Positions 7,839 to 16,179 of a DNA stretch of 32,000 nt are shown in pieces; positions within the stretch are counted from its first letter, which is position 1, and each line of letters starts with the position of its first letter. Origin of the DNA: Candidatus Scalindua sp. (GTDB lineage: Bacteria > Planctomycetota > Brocadiia > Brocadiales > Scalinduaceae); contig JALDRA010000001.1 of assembly GCA_031316235.1 (NCBI GenBank), positions 1,020,001 to 1,052,000 of the forward strand, written 5' to 3'. The notes under the pieces were generated by a model. That model was given only the letters and a program-made list of their open reading frames with translations. It was not told the DNA's origin and ran no database searches. The translations under genes were made by a program, and so were the position numbers.

Positions 7839-8342
7839 TCACTCCGGCTCTTCCTTTAATGCGGATTCACTTCGTAAACTCTGGATAAACAAGATCAGTT
7901 TATCCATCTCATCCCTTCCTATCTCCTCCTTGAATGACGGCATCGTGTTGTACCTGCCGAAATACTTCTCCTGCCCGGCATCTTCTATCATACCCCTTAA
8001 CCATTCATCTGACGCAAAGCCGTCCAGGGTAGGCGCAAATTTTCCCCCTTCCCCCTTATACGTATGGCAGTTGTAACACCCCTCCTGCTCCAGAATCGTC
8101 TCTCCTATCTCCCTCAATATCGGATCCACCGCCGTTTCGGGCTCTGACTGCGCCAGCAGAAAGTCTATCAGATAGGACAAATCTTCTTCCCCCATGACGC
8201 TTTCCGGCATCTCCCGGAAATGGGTATTTCCATAATATCTGACCGCATTCGGGTTCCGGAAGAAACCCCTCAACCATGATCGCGAATTATACCCCGTCAT
8301 ATCAGGGGCTGAATTACCCCCTCCTCCCGGTAACCGTGACAC
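7839..8342 (-). CDS. c-type cytochrome domain (second haem site), C-terminal fragment of a frame-broken cytochrome b / dihaem c fusion
   Basis: It contains CYNCH. Its N-terminal GGGGNSAPDMTGY continues the upstream frame (...CITCHGYREEG) if one G is added to the G5 run at 8317-8321. Confidence 0.7.
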   Translation of the reverse strand: MSRLPGGGGNSAPDMTGYNSRSWLRGFFRNPNAVRYYGNTHFREMPESVMGEEDLSYLIDFLLAQSEPETAVDPILREIGETILEQEGCYNCHTYKGEGGKFAPTLDGFASDEWLRGMIEDAGQEKYFGRYNTMPSFKEEIGRDEMDKLILFIQSLRSESALKEEPE

Positions 8343-8583
8343 GTTATACAGTGCTCACGGAACACCCCCTCGCCCACATACAACGGGTCGTTCGTAAACA
8401 CCGATGCTCCGCCCTGGGGGAATTCCAAGTACCGCCAACTCGATCGCCCTGTCCGCCATCACTTCAGACTCCTCCTTCTGCGCTAATAACCGCTCATCCC
8501 GCGAATCACTCACCATTGACATGATCGTCAGGCAGACCACACCGCCATCGCCGCCACGAACCCCCCGATAAAGGGTAACCGTT
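8343..8583 (-). pseudogene. Frame-disrupted middle segment of the cytochrome b / dihaem c fusion (linker TM helix + first CxxCH)
   Basis: Three different frames carry sensible pieces: ESRSPVKRLPFIGGFVAAMAV (TM-like), LTIMSMVSDSRDERLLAQKEESEVMADRAIELAVLGIP, and GGASVFTNDPLYVGEGVFREHCITCHGY (CITCH at 8336-8350). The frame changes lie at or near the runs at 8602-8606 and 8416-8420, plus one more near 8530-8550. Confidence 0.6.
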
Positions 8584-9036
8584 TTACCGGTGAGCGGCTC
8601 TCCCCCTGTCAAGAAATGGTATTGCAAGCATTAACAGCGCTGCAATGGTCGGAAGGATAATGGCGCCGACAACCTCCATATCGGCTTCAAAATATTTTAA
8701 CAGTTGAAACAGGAAGAGGAAATACCACTCGGGGCGCGCCATATACTGCGAACTCGGATCCGCCGGAGACTGTAACTCTGCTCCGTGCCGGTACCAGACG
8801 ACTGCCGCCATGATGGCAAATACAACCACGGCTGCCACCACATCCTTGAATATCTGGTCCGGCCAAAAGGGCTGTGTCTTCCTCTTGAGCTCTGACTCAT
8901 CCGGCTTCCAGTGCGGAGTCACCCCGTGTCTTCTGAATAAATAGAGGTGGATGGCCATAAACGTCATCAGGCCGGCAGGAAGAAAGAAAACGTGAAAACT
9001 ATAAAACCGTGTCAGCGTCAGGTTGCCATAATCATT
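8584..9036 (-). CDS. Cytochrome b C-terminal part (subunit-IV-like), fragment
   Basis: The frame reads NDYGNLTLTRFYSFHVFFLPAGLMTFMAIHLYLFRRHGV...PEWYFLFLFQ (Qo-site PEWY)...LAIPFLDRG. It is contiguous with the upstream fragment except for a 1-nt frame change at the C5 run 9037-9041. Confidence 0.75.
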   Translation of the reverse strand, partial: NDYGNLTLTRFYSFHVFFLPAGLMTFMAIHLYLFRRHGVTPHWKPDESELKRKTQPFWPDQIFKDVVAAVVVFAIMAAVVWYRHGAELQSPADPSSQYMARPEWYFLFLFQLLKYFEADMEVVGAIILPTIAALLMLAIPFLDRGRAAHR

Positions 9037-9538
9037 CCCCCTGGACCACTCCCTTTACAAAGTCTCCAAGCTCGGGGATCAGCCCGAGGATGCTCGTCGC
9101 CACCTGCGTAGCCCAGTACCCCTTCTGGTCCCACGGAAGCAGGTAACCGGTAAGTCCGAAGGCAAGGATGATAAAGAGCATAAAGACCCCGGATATCCAA
9201 TTTAACTCACGAGGCTTCTTGTAGGCCCCGAAGATGACCGTTTGCGTGATATGGAGTATCGCAAGCACCATCATCGCGCTGGAACCTACGTTATGCATCC
9301 CCCGCACAAACCACCCGGACAGGGTTTGTTCCTGGATATAATGGACGCTCCCCCACGCATCCGTCGCTGATGCGGAGTATCCTGTCGACAGGATTACGCC
9401 TGAGACAATCTGCATCATGAAGACGATTACCAGGGCACTGCCGAAAACATACGACCACTTCGCACCCCCTTCTACGGGCTCATCCAGAAACTTCTTCACA
9501 AGATCTTTCAGGCCTGTTCTCTCTTCCAACCACTTCAT
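9032..9538 (-). CDS. Cytochrome b N-terminal part (b6-like), fragment
   Basis: 168 aa. Helix-B haem ligands have H-x13-H spacing (GMHNVGSSAMMVLAILH). The LPWDQKGYWAT motif is present. It ends at a premature TGA created at the homopolymer 9037-9041. Confidence 0.8.
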   Translation of the reverse strand: MKWLEERTGLKDLVKKFLDEPVEGGAKWSYVFGSALVIVFMMQIVSGVILSTGYSASATDAWGSVHYIQEQTLSGWFVRGMHNVGSSAMMVLAILHITQTVIFGAYKKPRELNWISGVFMLFIILAFGLTGYLLPWDQKGYWATQVATSILGLIPELGDFVKGVVQGE

Positions 9539-9589
9539 AATATAATGGATCCCGCAATAAGGTGATATGTTCTGCAGATGCAGATATTT

Positions 9590-10144
9590 TCAAGCAGGTA
9601 TTTTTTTTGCAATACCCAGTTTCATCTTCTGATAACGGACAAACAGTTTCCCCTGCTTAATATCTGTTTCAAGGGTATCCATTCTGCGCGGAGATGGCCC
9701 CGAGATAATCTCGCCCTTGATATCAAAATAACTATCGTGGCAGGGACAGACAAATCTCCCCGAATCCTTATCCCAGTCTATCCCGCAACCGAGGTGAGGA
9801 CATATTACCGAAAAGGCCGTAACTGTTTCATCCTCTCCTCGAACCAGCCAGACTGCCCCAATTACCGTTTCCGGGTATTTGGTCCATGCATCCCTGCGCG
9901 AATCCCTGACCGCCACTTTCCTGGGCACGTTGATCTGGCACCCCCGTATGTCTCCAACCTCCACCAGACCCGATGAACTAATCACCGTCTTCTTCAGTGC
10001 GGGACTTATAAAGGCCCGTATGAGCGGTATGCTGTACGCAATACCGATCAGCGACGCAAGAAAGACAGAACAGACCTTGAGAAAGGCCCGCCGGCCGCTT
10101 CCACTCCCGTTTAACTCTTCCTTCCTGCCAGATTCCTCTTTCAT
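9590..10144 (-). CDS. Rieske [2Fe-2S] protein of a cytochrome bc-type complex
   Basis: 184 aa with a twin-arginine signal (SGRRAFLK), then a TM helix. Cluster-binding boxes are CPHLGC and CPCHDS. Confidence 0.9.
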   Translation of the reverse strand: MKEESGRKEELNGSGSGRRAFLKVCSVFLASLIGIAYSIPLIRAFISPALKKTVISSSGLVEVGDIRGCQINVPRKVAVRDSRRDAWTKYPETVIGAVWLVRGEDETVTAFSVICPHLGCGIDWDKDSGRFVCPCHDSYFDIKGEIISGPSPRRMDTLETDIKQGKLFVRYQKMKLGIAKKIPA

Positions 10145-10243
10145 ACTTCAAACCCCCTGCAAGTCAGTGCTTCCCCCGGAAAAATAACTGCACTCTTGTC
10201 AATTGGAAATATACCGTTCAAACTCACGATTTCCGTTTAACCG

Positions 10244-10534
10244 CTATTTAATCACCTTCAGCGAATTGGTATACTCGCCTACTTTCCAGAAATCGTACGA
10301 CTCGTACTTGATCCCCGCCTTATCTTCCAGCGTCTTTAAACGTCTCAGCTTACTGGCTTCGGATTTTATCCGTGCCAGCGATTGATCCTGCTTGAAGGCC
10401 CCCAGCTCGTATGTCTGGAAGTTTGGAGACATATGAAAGGCTGCTTTGTAGACTGTCGTTCCATGGTAGACGAGCATGTCAAAGAATTCCCGCTCTATCG
10501 CGGTAACATTGTACATACGCCCCCCAGGTTCCAC
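10244..10534 (-). CDS. C-terminal fragment of the octahaem HAO-like protein (frame-shifted)
   Basis: RMYNVTAIEREFFDMLVYHGTTVYKAAFH...IKSEASKLRRLKTLEDKAGIKYESYDFWKVGEYT is colinear with the C-terminus of the paralogue at 14262-15842 (RFYNVSDIERMAIEMIVYQVTAVYKAAFH...IKSEASKLRRISTIEKEVGIEHKAYDFWKHGEYT). Confidence 0.8.
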   Translation of the reverse strand: MEPGGRMYNVTAIEREFFDMLVYHGTTVYKAAFHMSPNFQTYELGAFKQDQSLARIKSEASKLRRLKTLEDKAGIKYESYDFWKVGEYTNSLKVIK

Positions 10535-11586
10535 TTGTGCCCCTGGTCAAGGTGCGGCGCAAGATCCTTGGGCATCGCGTCAAGAAGACCCTCTTCATGC
10601 AGATCTTCAATAACAGCCCTCGCCTCTCTTACTTTTGTATGGCTCACTTTTACCGTCTCGTCAGCGCCTCGTAAATATGCGGCCGCAAACCGGGCTGAAT
10701 GACAGTCATTACAGATATTCGTCCACGCTTTCCTTTTCTCTGCAAAATCTTCGGCCCCACGATCAACTTCTTCAACCCCCATATGGGAGTACACCGCATT
10801 TTCAACGGCATTATGTGTCCCATTATACATGTGGCAGTAAGCGCACGTCGGCGCACGGTAGTTACCCACCTTCAGCGGTTTGTCCCAATCCCACCTGTCT
10901 CCGTCAATCGCCGTAATAACTCCGTGTGCCGATGTGTTATAACACTCGGTATCACGATGGTCAGGGCCATTATGGCAGTAGGAACAGGCCTCTGGACGCC
11001 TCGCTTCGGCTGCCTTGAAGCGGTGTCTGAAATGGCAGGAATCACATTTGTTTTCAATCGAATGGCACTGTGCACAGCCGGCGACCTCTGGTTGAGGCTT
11101 GCTGATCTGCCACTCCGATTCAACTACGTCCGGATGAAATGCCCTGGCATGTGAAGGATGACCCGTTTCCCTCTCAGATTTAAAATCTTCAACTTGCTCA
11201 GGGTGGCATTTCGCGCAGATGTCCGGGGTTGGCATCTGGATCTTCTGATGATCAGAGCCATGGCATTTATCACAGGTAACATCTGCTGCGCTATGGGCAC
11301 TCTCTTTCCAGTCAATCGCAATCCTCGGTGTAGTCAGGGAATGACAATTAACACATTTCTCCCCTTCAAAGACACCTTCTATTTTGTTGTCAGGCTCAAA
11401 ATAGTGCCCCGGATCCCACCAGCGGAACATCTCAATCGGTTTCCAGTGTTTGCCCCATTTCCCTTCACCTTTTGTCAACTTTCCAAGTAATCCTTCCGCT
11501 TGAAGAGAGACAGGACAGAAAAACTGGCAGGAAGTCATCATGCAGATAAAAAAGAACAAAAATATTTTCTTTACAGGTGAATTCAT
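10495..11586 (-). CDS. Octahaem hydroxylamine-oxidoreductase-like cytochrome c, N-terminal major fragment (frame-shifted at 10520-10525)
   Basis: Eight CxxCH motifs: CVNCH, CDKCH, CAKCH, CAQCH, CDSCH, CSYCH, CAYCH, CNDCH. The likely true start is ATG 11586, with GGGGAGGG 6 nt upstream and signal peptide MNSPVKKIFLFFFICMM.... Adding one G to the G6 run restores ...HKWNLGGRMYNVTAIE.... Confidence 0.85.
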   Translation of the reverse strand: MNSPVKKIFLFFFICMMTSCQFFCPVSLQAEGLLGKLTKGEGKWGKHWKPIEMFRWWDPGHYFEPDNKIEGVFEGEKCVNCHSLTTPRIAIDWKESAHSAADVTCDKCHGSDHQKIQMPTPDICAKCHPEQVEDFKSERETGHPSHARAFHPDVVESEWQISKPQPEVAGCAQCHSIENKCDSCHFRHRFKAAEARRPEACSYCHNGPDHRDTECYNTSAHGVITAIDGDRWDWDKPLKVGNYRAPTCAYCHMYNGTHNAVENAVYSHMGVEEVDRGAEDFAEKRKAWTNICNDCHSARFAAAYLRGADETVKVSHTKVREARAVIEDLHEEGLLDAMPKDLAPHLDQGHKWNLGGVCTMLPR

Positions 11587-11944
11587 TAACAACCCTCCCC
11601 TTTTTTTCGTGTTGGTTTTAAGTATCAACAATATAATAAGCTCGTTGTTACCACTGTAATAATGATAACCCGAAATCAATAAAAAAACATATCAGCTTGG
11701 TCCATCGAGGTAAATTTATTCTACCCGTTCCAATGAGAGACTCTCTCAAAATTGTCAGGTTTTCGACCCGCATGCGATATTCAGGCGGAAAGGCACGAGT
11801 GGCAGGCAGTCACTGATTGACCGGGTAACGGTATCCAGCTTGTCACTTAACCCTATTTTTTGAACCTGTCCTCCCGGAAGACTCCGCTGGGACGGGTCCG
11901 ACTATTCCGTTCAGGTGGCTACGCAGACACACAAATAAAGACGG

Positions 11945-12001
11945 TACACTAAAACCAATTTCGTTTTAGATTTTTCTCAAAACCATTATAAACGGAACAT
12001 A
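11945..12001 (+). repeat. Copy F of the structured repeat family (miniature, ~57 bp)
   Basis: TACACTAAAACCAATTTCGTTTT...CTCAAAACCATTATAAACGGAACATA retains only the two terminal segments of the family. Confidence 0.55.
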
Positions 12002-12109
12002 GAGTCCCAGCAGTGATCCAAGTACAAGCAATACAACTTTTTTTACGCCTTCAACTTATTTTTAAGAAATGAGTTGAAGGAATAAAAAAGCTATTATTTA
12101 AACCTGAAT

Positions 12110-12943
12110 TCAAACTCTCCCTTTCGAACTTTCCACCAGGTTCTTCAAAAACATCCCAACATTTTGAACCAGCATATGGCTTTCATCTTTTGCATGCCTT
12201 TCAATCTCTCTCATAATAGCACTTCCAACAATAACACCATCAGCCATTTTCCCTGCCATTCTGGCTTGTTCAGGAGTTGAGATCCCAAAACCCAAAGCTA
12301 CAGGCAGGTCTGTCCTACTTTTTATTTTACGAATATTATCTAAAAGATCATCAGACAGTGAATTTCTCGCCCCAGTAATTCCCACAACAGATATATAGTA
12401 AATAAACCCACCTGATTTTGCCACTATACGTTCTATTCGGCTATCAGTTGTTGTCGGTGCAATAAAGCAAACTACCTTAAAATCTACCTGATTACCAACA
12501 TCAATTACACTATCTGCCTCTTCAATTGGAAGGTCAGGAATGGTAGCACCATCCATTCCCGCTTCAGCGGCTTCTCTCAGGAATTTCTCAGAGCCATACC
12601 TATACAATAAACTGTATGAAATCATCGATACTATCGGAATTTCTGACTTTTCCCGTACACCTTTTATCAATTTCAAAACATCAGCAATTTTGACGCCACC
12701 TTGAAGTGCTCGGTAATACGATGATTGTATTACCGGACCATCCGCAATTGGATCAGAAAAAGGAATACCCAATTCTATCAAATCAGCACCTCTTTTGTCA
12801 AATTCCAGAATTAACGACTTAGTCACTTCTAAACTTGGATCACCTGCCGTAATAAAGGGGATAAATGCCGTCTCACCCCTCTCTTTCAATTGTTGAAATT
12901 TTTTATCAATTCTATTCACATTTTTTGATTGTATCACAAACAC
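12110..12943 (-). CDS. trpA: Tryptophan synthase alpha chain
   Basis: Motifs [28 protein letters not shown] and ALGFGIS. The GTG at 12943 overlaps the trpB stop. An alternative GTG at 12919 ([12 protein letters not shown]) fits the canonical TrpA N-terminus better. Confidence 0.9.
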   Translation of the reverse strand: MFVIQSKNVNRIDKKFQQLKERGETAFIPFITAGDPSLEVTKSLILEFDKRGADLIELGIPFSDPIADGPVIQSSYYRALQGGVKIADVLKLIKGVREKSEIPIVSMISYSLLYRYGSEKFLREAAEAGMDGATIPDLPIEEADSVIDVGNQVDFKVVCFIAPTTTDSRIERIVAKSGGFIYYISVVGITGARNSLSDDLLDNIRKIKSRTDLPVALGFGISTPEQARMAGKMADGVIVGSAIMREIERHAKDESHMLVQNVGMFLKNLVESSKGRV

Positions 12944-14175
12944 ATTCCCAACTTTTTAGCTACTTCCGTAGAATCCTTATCTCCGCTTCCCGAAAGATTG
13001 ATGACTATAATTTTATTCTTATCTACCGAAGGAGCAAATTTCATGGTATAAGCAATCGCATGAGCAGACTCAAGCGCCGGAATTATACCTTCTAATCGTG
13101 CACAGACGTTAAAGGCCTGAACCGCCTCATCATCAGTAACTGAAACATATTCTGCCCTCTTCATATCCTTTAAATAACTATGTTCCGGGCCTACTCCCGG
13201 ATAATCCAGGCCTGCTGAGATCGAATGTACTTTTGATGTTTGACCATCACTATCCTGCAAAACATAGCTCAAACTTCCGTGAAGTATTCCCTTTTCACCC
13301 TTAGAAAGAGAAGCGGCATGTTGCCCGACATCAAAACCAACACCTCCTGCCTCAACTCCGATCAGCTTTACTTCTTTATCCCCGATAAATGGATAAAAAA
13401 TACCTATAGCATTACTACCACCACCGACACAGGCAATTATCCAGTCTGGTAATCTGTTTTCCATTGCAAGAATCTGTTCTTTAGTTTCCCTGCCAATAAT
13501 TGTCTGAAAGTCCCTCACTATCAATGGATATGGATGCGGCCCTACTACCGAACCAATTATGTAATGTGTTTCCCTTACCGAGGACATCCAATCACGAAGT
13601 GCCTCATTTGTGGCATCTTTAAGAGTTCTGGAACCACTATTGACAGGAATAACGTTTGCACCCAGCAACCTCATTTTGAACAAATTCAAGGCCTGTCGCC
13701 GCATATCTTCTTCACCCATATAAACGTCGCATTTAAGGCCAAACATAGCCGCTGCAGTTGCGGTAGCAACACCATGCTGGCCAGCTCCAGTTTCAGCAAT
13801 GATGCGTTTCTTGCCCATTCGCATTGCAAGCAGTACCTGGCCCATTGTATTGTTGATCTTGTGTGCTCCGGTATGATTAAGATCTTCCCTTTTTAAATAG
13901 ATTTTCGGTCCGTTTAACTTTTCACTGAGTCTTCTTGCATGATAAAGAGGTGAAGGTCTTCCAACATACTCTTTCAGGTAATATTGCAAATCCGCATTAA
14001 ATTCAGTATCATTTTTGGCCTGAAGATACTCTCTTTCCAGCTGTTCTAAAGCCGGCATAAGCGTTTCTGGTATAAACTTACCACCGTATTTACCGAAGTG
14101 CCCGCTCCTGTCAGGAACAGTTCGATCATATTTCAAATCTTGCTGTTCTGTTTTATTGTTTATTCCTGCTCTCAC
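12934..14175 (-). CDS. trpB: Tryptophan synthase beta chain
   Basis: Motifs [14 protein letters not shown]-lysine [11 protein letters not shown], and GGGSNAIG. The preferred start is GTG 14175, with AAGGAGAA 5-6 nt upstream, giving 413 aa. The longer ORF from TTG 14253 runs through a terminator hairpin. Confidence 0.9.
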   Translation of the reverse strand: MRAGINNKTEQQDLKYDRTVPDRSGHFGKYGGKFIPETLMPALEQLEREYLQAKNDTEFNADLQYYLKEYVGRPSPLYHARRLSEKLNGPKIYLKREDLNHTGAHKINNTMGQVLLAMRMGKKRIIAETGAGQHGVATATAAAMFGLKCDVYMGEEDMRRQALNLFKMRLLGANVIPVNSGSRTLKDATNEALRDWMSSVRETHYIIGSVVGPHPYPLIVRDFQTIIGRETKEQILAMENRLPDWIIACVGGGSNAIGIFYPFIGDKEVKLIGVEAGGVGFDVGQHAASLSKGEKGILHGSLSYVLQDSDGQTSKVHSISAGLDYPGVGPEHSYLKDMKRAEYVSVTDDEAVQAFNVCARLEGIIPALESAHAIAYTMKFAPSVDKNKIIVINLSGSGDKDSTEVAKKLGMCL

Positions 14176-14190
14176 TTTAATTCTCCTTAT

Positions 14191-14232
14191 AAAAAAAGGG
14201 CAGCACAGATACTTATCATCCATGCTACCCTT
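14191..14232 (-). terminator. Rho-independent terminator after the HAO-like gene, T-tract abutting the trpB SD
   Basis: The minus-strand RNA forms AAGGGUAGCA-N17-UGCUGCCCUU (10 bp, one G-U) followed by UUUUUUU and then AAGGAGA. Confidence 0.65.
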
Positions 14233-14261
14233 CATATAACTCTTACATTGCAATCAACAAA

Positions 14262-15842
14262 TCAATGCGCTGGTTCATCAAAGCAAGGATGATCTCCATG
14301 CCTACACTCACTCTTAGGAAGAACGTCACCTTCTTTTCTCTTCCAACCAGTCAGCAAGTCAGTGTACTCACCATGTTTCCAGAAATCATAAGCCTTATGC
14401 TCTATACCAACCTCTTTCTCGATGGTTGATATCCTTCTGAGCTTAGAAGCCTCTGATTTAATCTCAATGAGTTTTCTATCCATTGGGAACGCACCTGCGT
14501 TATAAGAAACATCATCAATTGCAAAATGGAATGCAGCCTTATAAACAGCAGTTACCTGATAAACAATCATCTCAATTGCCATTCTCTCAATGTCCGACAC
14601 ATTATAGAACCTTGGTGAACCACCCGGTAACAAACTGAGTGTATGCCCACCGGTCCAGTCAGGTGCCAAATCAGCTGGCATTGGATCAAGCAATCCTTCA
14701 AGATACAAGCCTACAATGATGTTAACAGCTTCACGCCACTTAGTAAAACTGATATGAATCTGTTCGTCAGCAGCACTTAATTGCTCTTCAGCAAAACGTG
14801 GAGAGTGACACCCTTGACATCTCTTTATCCAGGCGTCTCTCTTAGATTTATATCTCGGAGCACCTTTATCTACCTGGAACATACCCATGTGATTATACAC
14901 AGTGGAAACAGCCTGGGTATTGTGATTACCCTCTTCACCCATGTGACAATATGCACAGGTAGGAACACGGTAATTTTTCGGAGTCATCTTCTGTTCCCAA
15001 TCCCATGTATCACCTTCCATCATCAGAATTTTACCATGATATGAGTTGTAATAAAACTCATATTCAGCATGGTCTACACCCATATGGCAAACACCACATG
15101 TTTCAGGCTTCCTGGCTTCTGACTGTTTGAACTGGTGCCTTGTGTGACATCCATCACATCTGTTTGATACAATACCGTGACACTGTGCACAGCTGGCAAC
15201 CTCTTCACCAGGTTTTCCAATCTGCCATGCAAACTCATTTACCTCAATATGCCAAGCATGAGCATGTGAACCCAAGCCACCGGTAATATGATCAGCTCTC
15301 TGCTGTACATGACATTTTCCACAGACACCATGATCAGGCATAACTAATTGCTGATGATTATTTCCATGACAGGCATCACAACCAACAACCTGCTCTTTAT
15401 CCATGTCTGAAGTCTTTCCACCTTTGAAATGCTTACTTGCTTTCCAATCAACTACTATCCTAGGAGTTTGAATAGTGTGACACAATACACACTCTTCCGT
15501 CTTAAACTCACCCTCAACCTTTTGAGTTGAAACATAGTAATGGGCTGGGTCGTAGTACATTGCAGTTACGGGTAAGAAATAGAATATATTTTTGAACTTA
15601 CCTTCACCTGGCATCACTTCATCAGGTCCAGTGTATTTCGCGGTAAGACCGAAAACATAAACTTCACCGCTGTCATCTGGCCCGACTGCCTGGCCAAAAA
15701 TGGAAGATGCAACATCCTGAAATGTTGGTGCAGCTTCATCTGCGTTTGCTTTTGAACTGAATCCGGCCGTTACAACCGTGCAGGTGGCAACTAAAGCAAA
15801 AATGGCCGTACATATTGCGTATCTCCGTGCAAATTGAATCAT
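14262..15842 (-). CDS. Octahaem hydroxylamine-oxidoreductase-like cytochrome c (HAO family paralogue)
   Basis: 526 aa with signal peptide MIQFARRYAICTAIFALVATCTVVTAGFSSKANA. Eight canonical CxxCH motifs: CVLCH, CDACH, CGKCH, CAQCH, CDGCH, CGVCH, CAYCH, CQGCH. AAAGGAGAA lies 7 nt upstream of the ATG. Confidence 0.9.
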   Translation of the reverse strand: MIQFARRYAICTAIFALVATCTVVTAGFSSKANADEAAPTFQDVASSIFGQAVGPDDSGEVYVFGLTAKYTGPDEVMPGEGKFKNIFYFLPVTAMYYDPAHYYVSTQKVEGEFKTEECVLCHTIQTPRIVVDWKASKHFKGGKTSDMDKEQVVGCDACHGNNHQQLVMPDHGVCGKCHVQQRADHITGGLGSHAHAWHIEVNEFAWQIGKPGEEVASCAQCHGIVSNRCDGCHTRHQFKQSEARKPETCGVCHMGVDHAEYEFYYNSYHGKILMMEGDTWDWEQKMTPKNYRVPTCAYCHMGEEGNHNTQAVSTVYNHMGMFQVDKGAPRYKSKRDAWIKRCQGCHSPRFAEEQLSAADEQIHISFTKWREAVNIIVGLYLEGLLDPMPADLAPDWTGGHTLSLLPGGSPRFYNVSDIERMAIEMIVYQVTAVYKAAFHFAIDDVSYNAGAFPMDRKLIEIKSEASKLRRISTIEKEVGIEHKAYDFWKHGEYTDLLTGWKRKEGDVLPKSECRHGDHPCFDEPAH

Positions 15843-16055
15843 ACTTTACTTCTCCTTTCTTTACGCTCTTACGTCACTTGTCTAAAACTATTGATTACGC
15901 ACTAAAAATAAAATTCTAACTAATGGCTTAATTGCTGTGAAAACAGGCTAATTGACATTCAAACAAAAAGTCACTCATGTATATCTATTATAATACTTAC
16001 TCAACGTTTCCACCTTTACAATTAAAAACACATCACCTCCCTTCCTTAATGGAAA

Positions 16056-16083
16056 ATTATACAATCAGCCTTATACTTGTCAA
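16056..16083 (-). promoter_or_regulatory. Sigma70-type promoter for the HAO-like gene
   Basis: On the minus strand: TTGACA (16083-16078), 16 nt, TATAAT (16061-16056). Both hexamers are perfect consensus. It lies between the hzsA terminator and the HAO-like start and implies a roughly 200-nt leader. Confidence 0.5.
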
Positions 16084-16103
16084 GTTTAATTTAATCAGTA
16101 ACC

Positions 16104-16139
16104 AAAAAAAAAGCTGGCATAGTATGATCTATGCCAGCT
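16104..16139 (-). terminator. Rho-independent terminator after hzsA
   Basis: The minus-strand RNA forms a perfect 11-bp stem AGCUGGCAUAG-AUCAUA-CUAUGCCAGCU followed by U9. It lies 40 nt after the hzsA stop. Confidence 0.8.
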
Positions 16140-16179
16140 TACGTACTACACTGATTCAGAAAATCGCCTTAAGGCTGAT

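Noticed and set aside
8355-8627. 90-aa ORF as an independent gene
   Set aside because: It overlaps the end of the cytochrome b fragment. It reads as a frame-shifted linker of the cytochrome b / dihaem c fusion, not as a separate protein.
12047-12080. Hairpin CCTTCAACT...AGTTGAAGG downstream of trpA as a terminator
   Set aside because: The flanking T and A tracts are on the wrong sides for an intrinsic terminator on either strand, so I did not list it as a feature.
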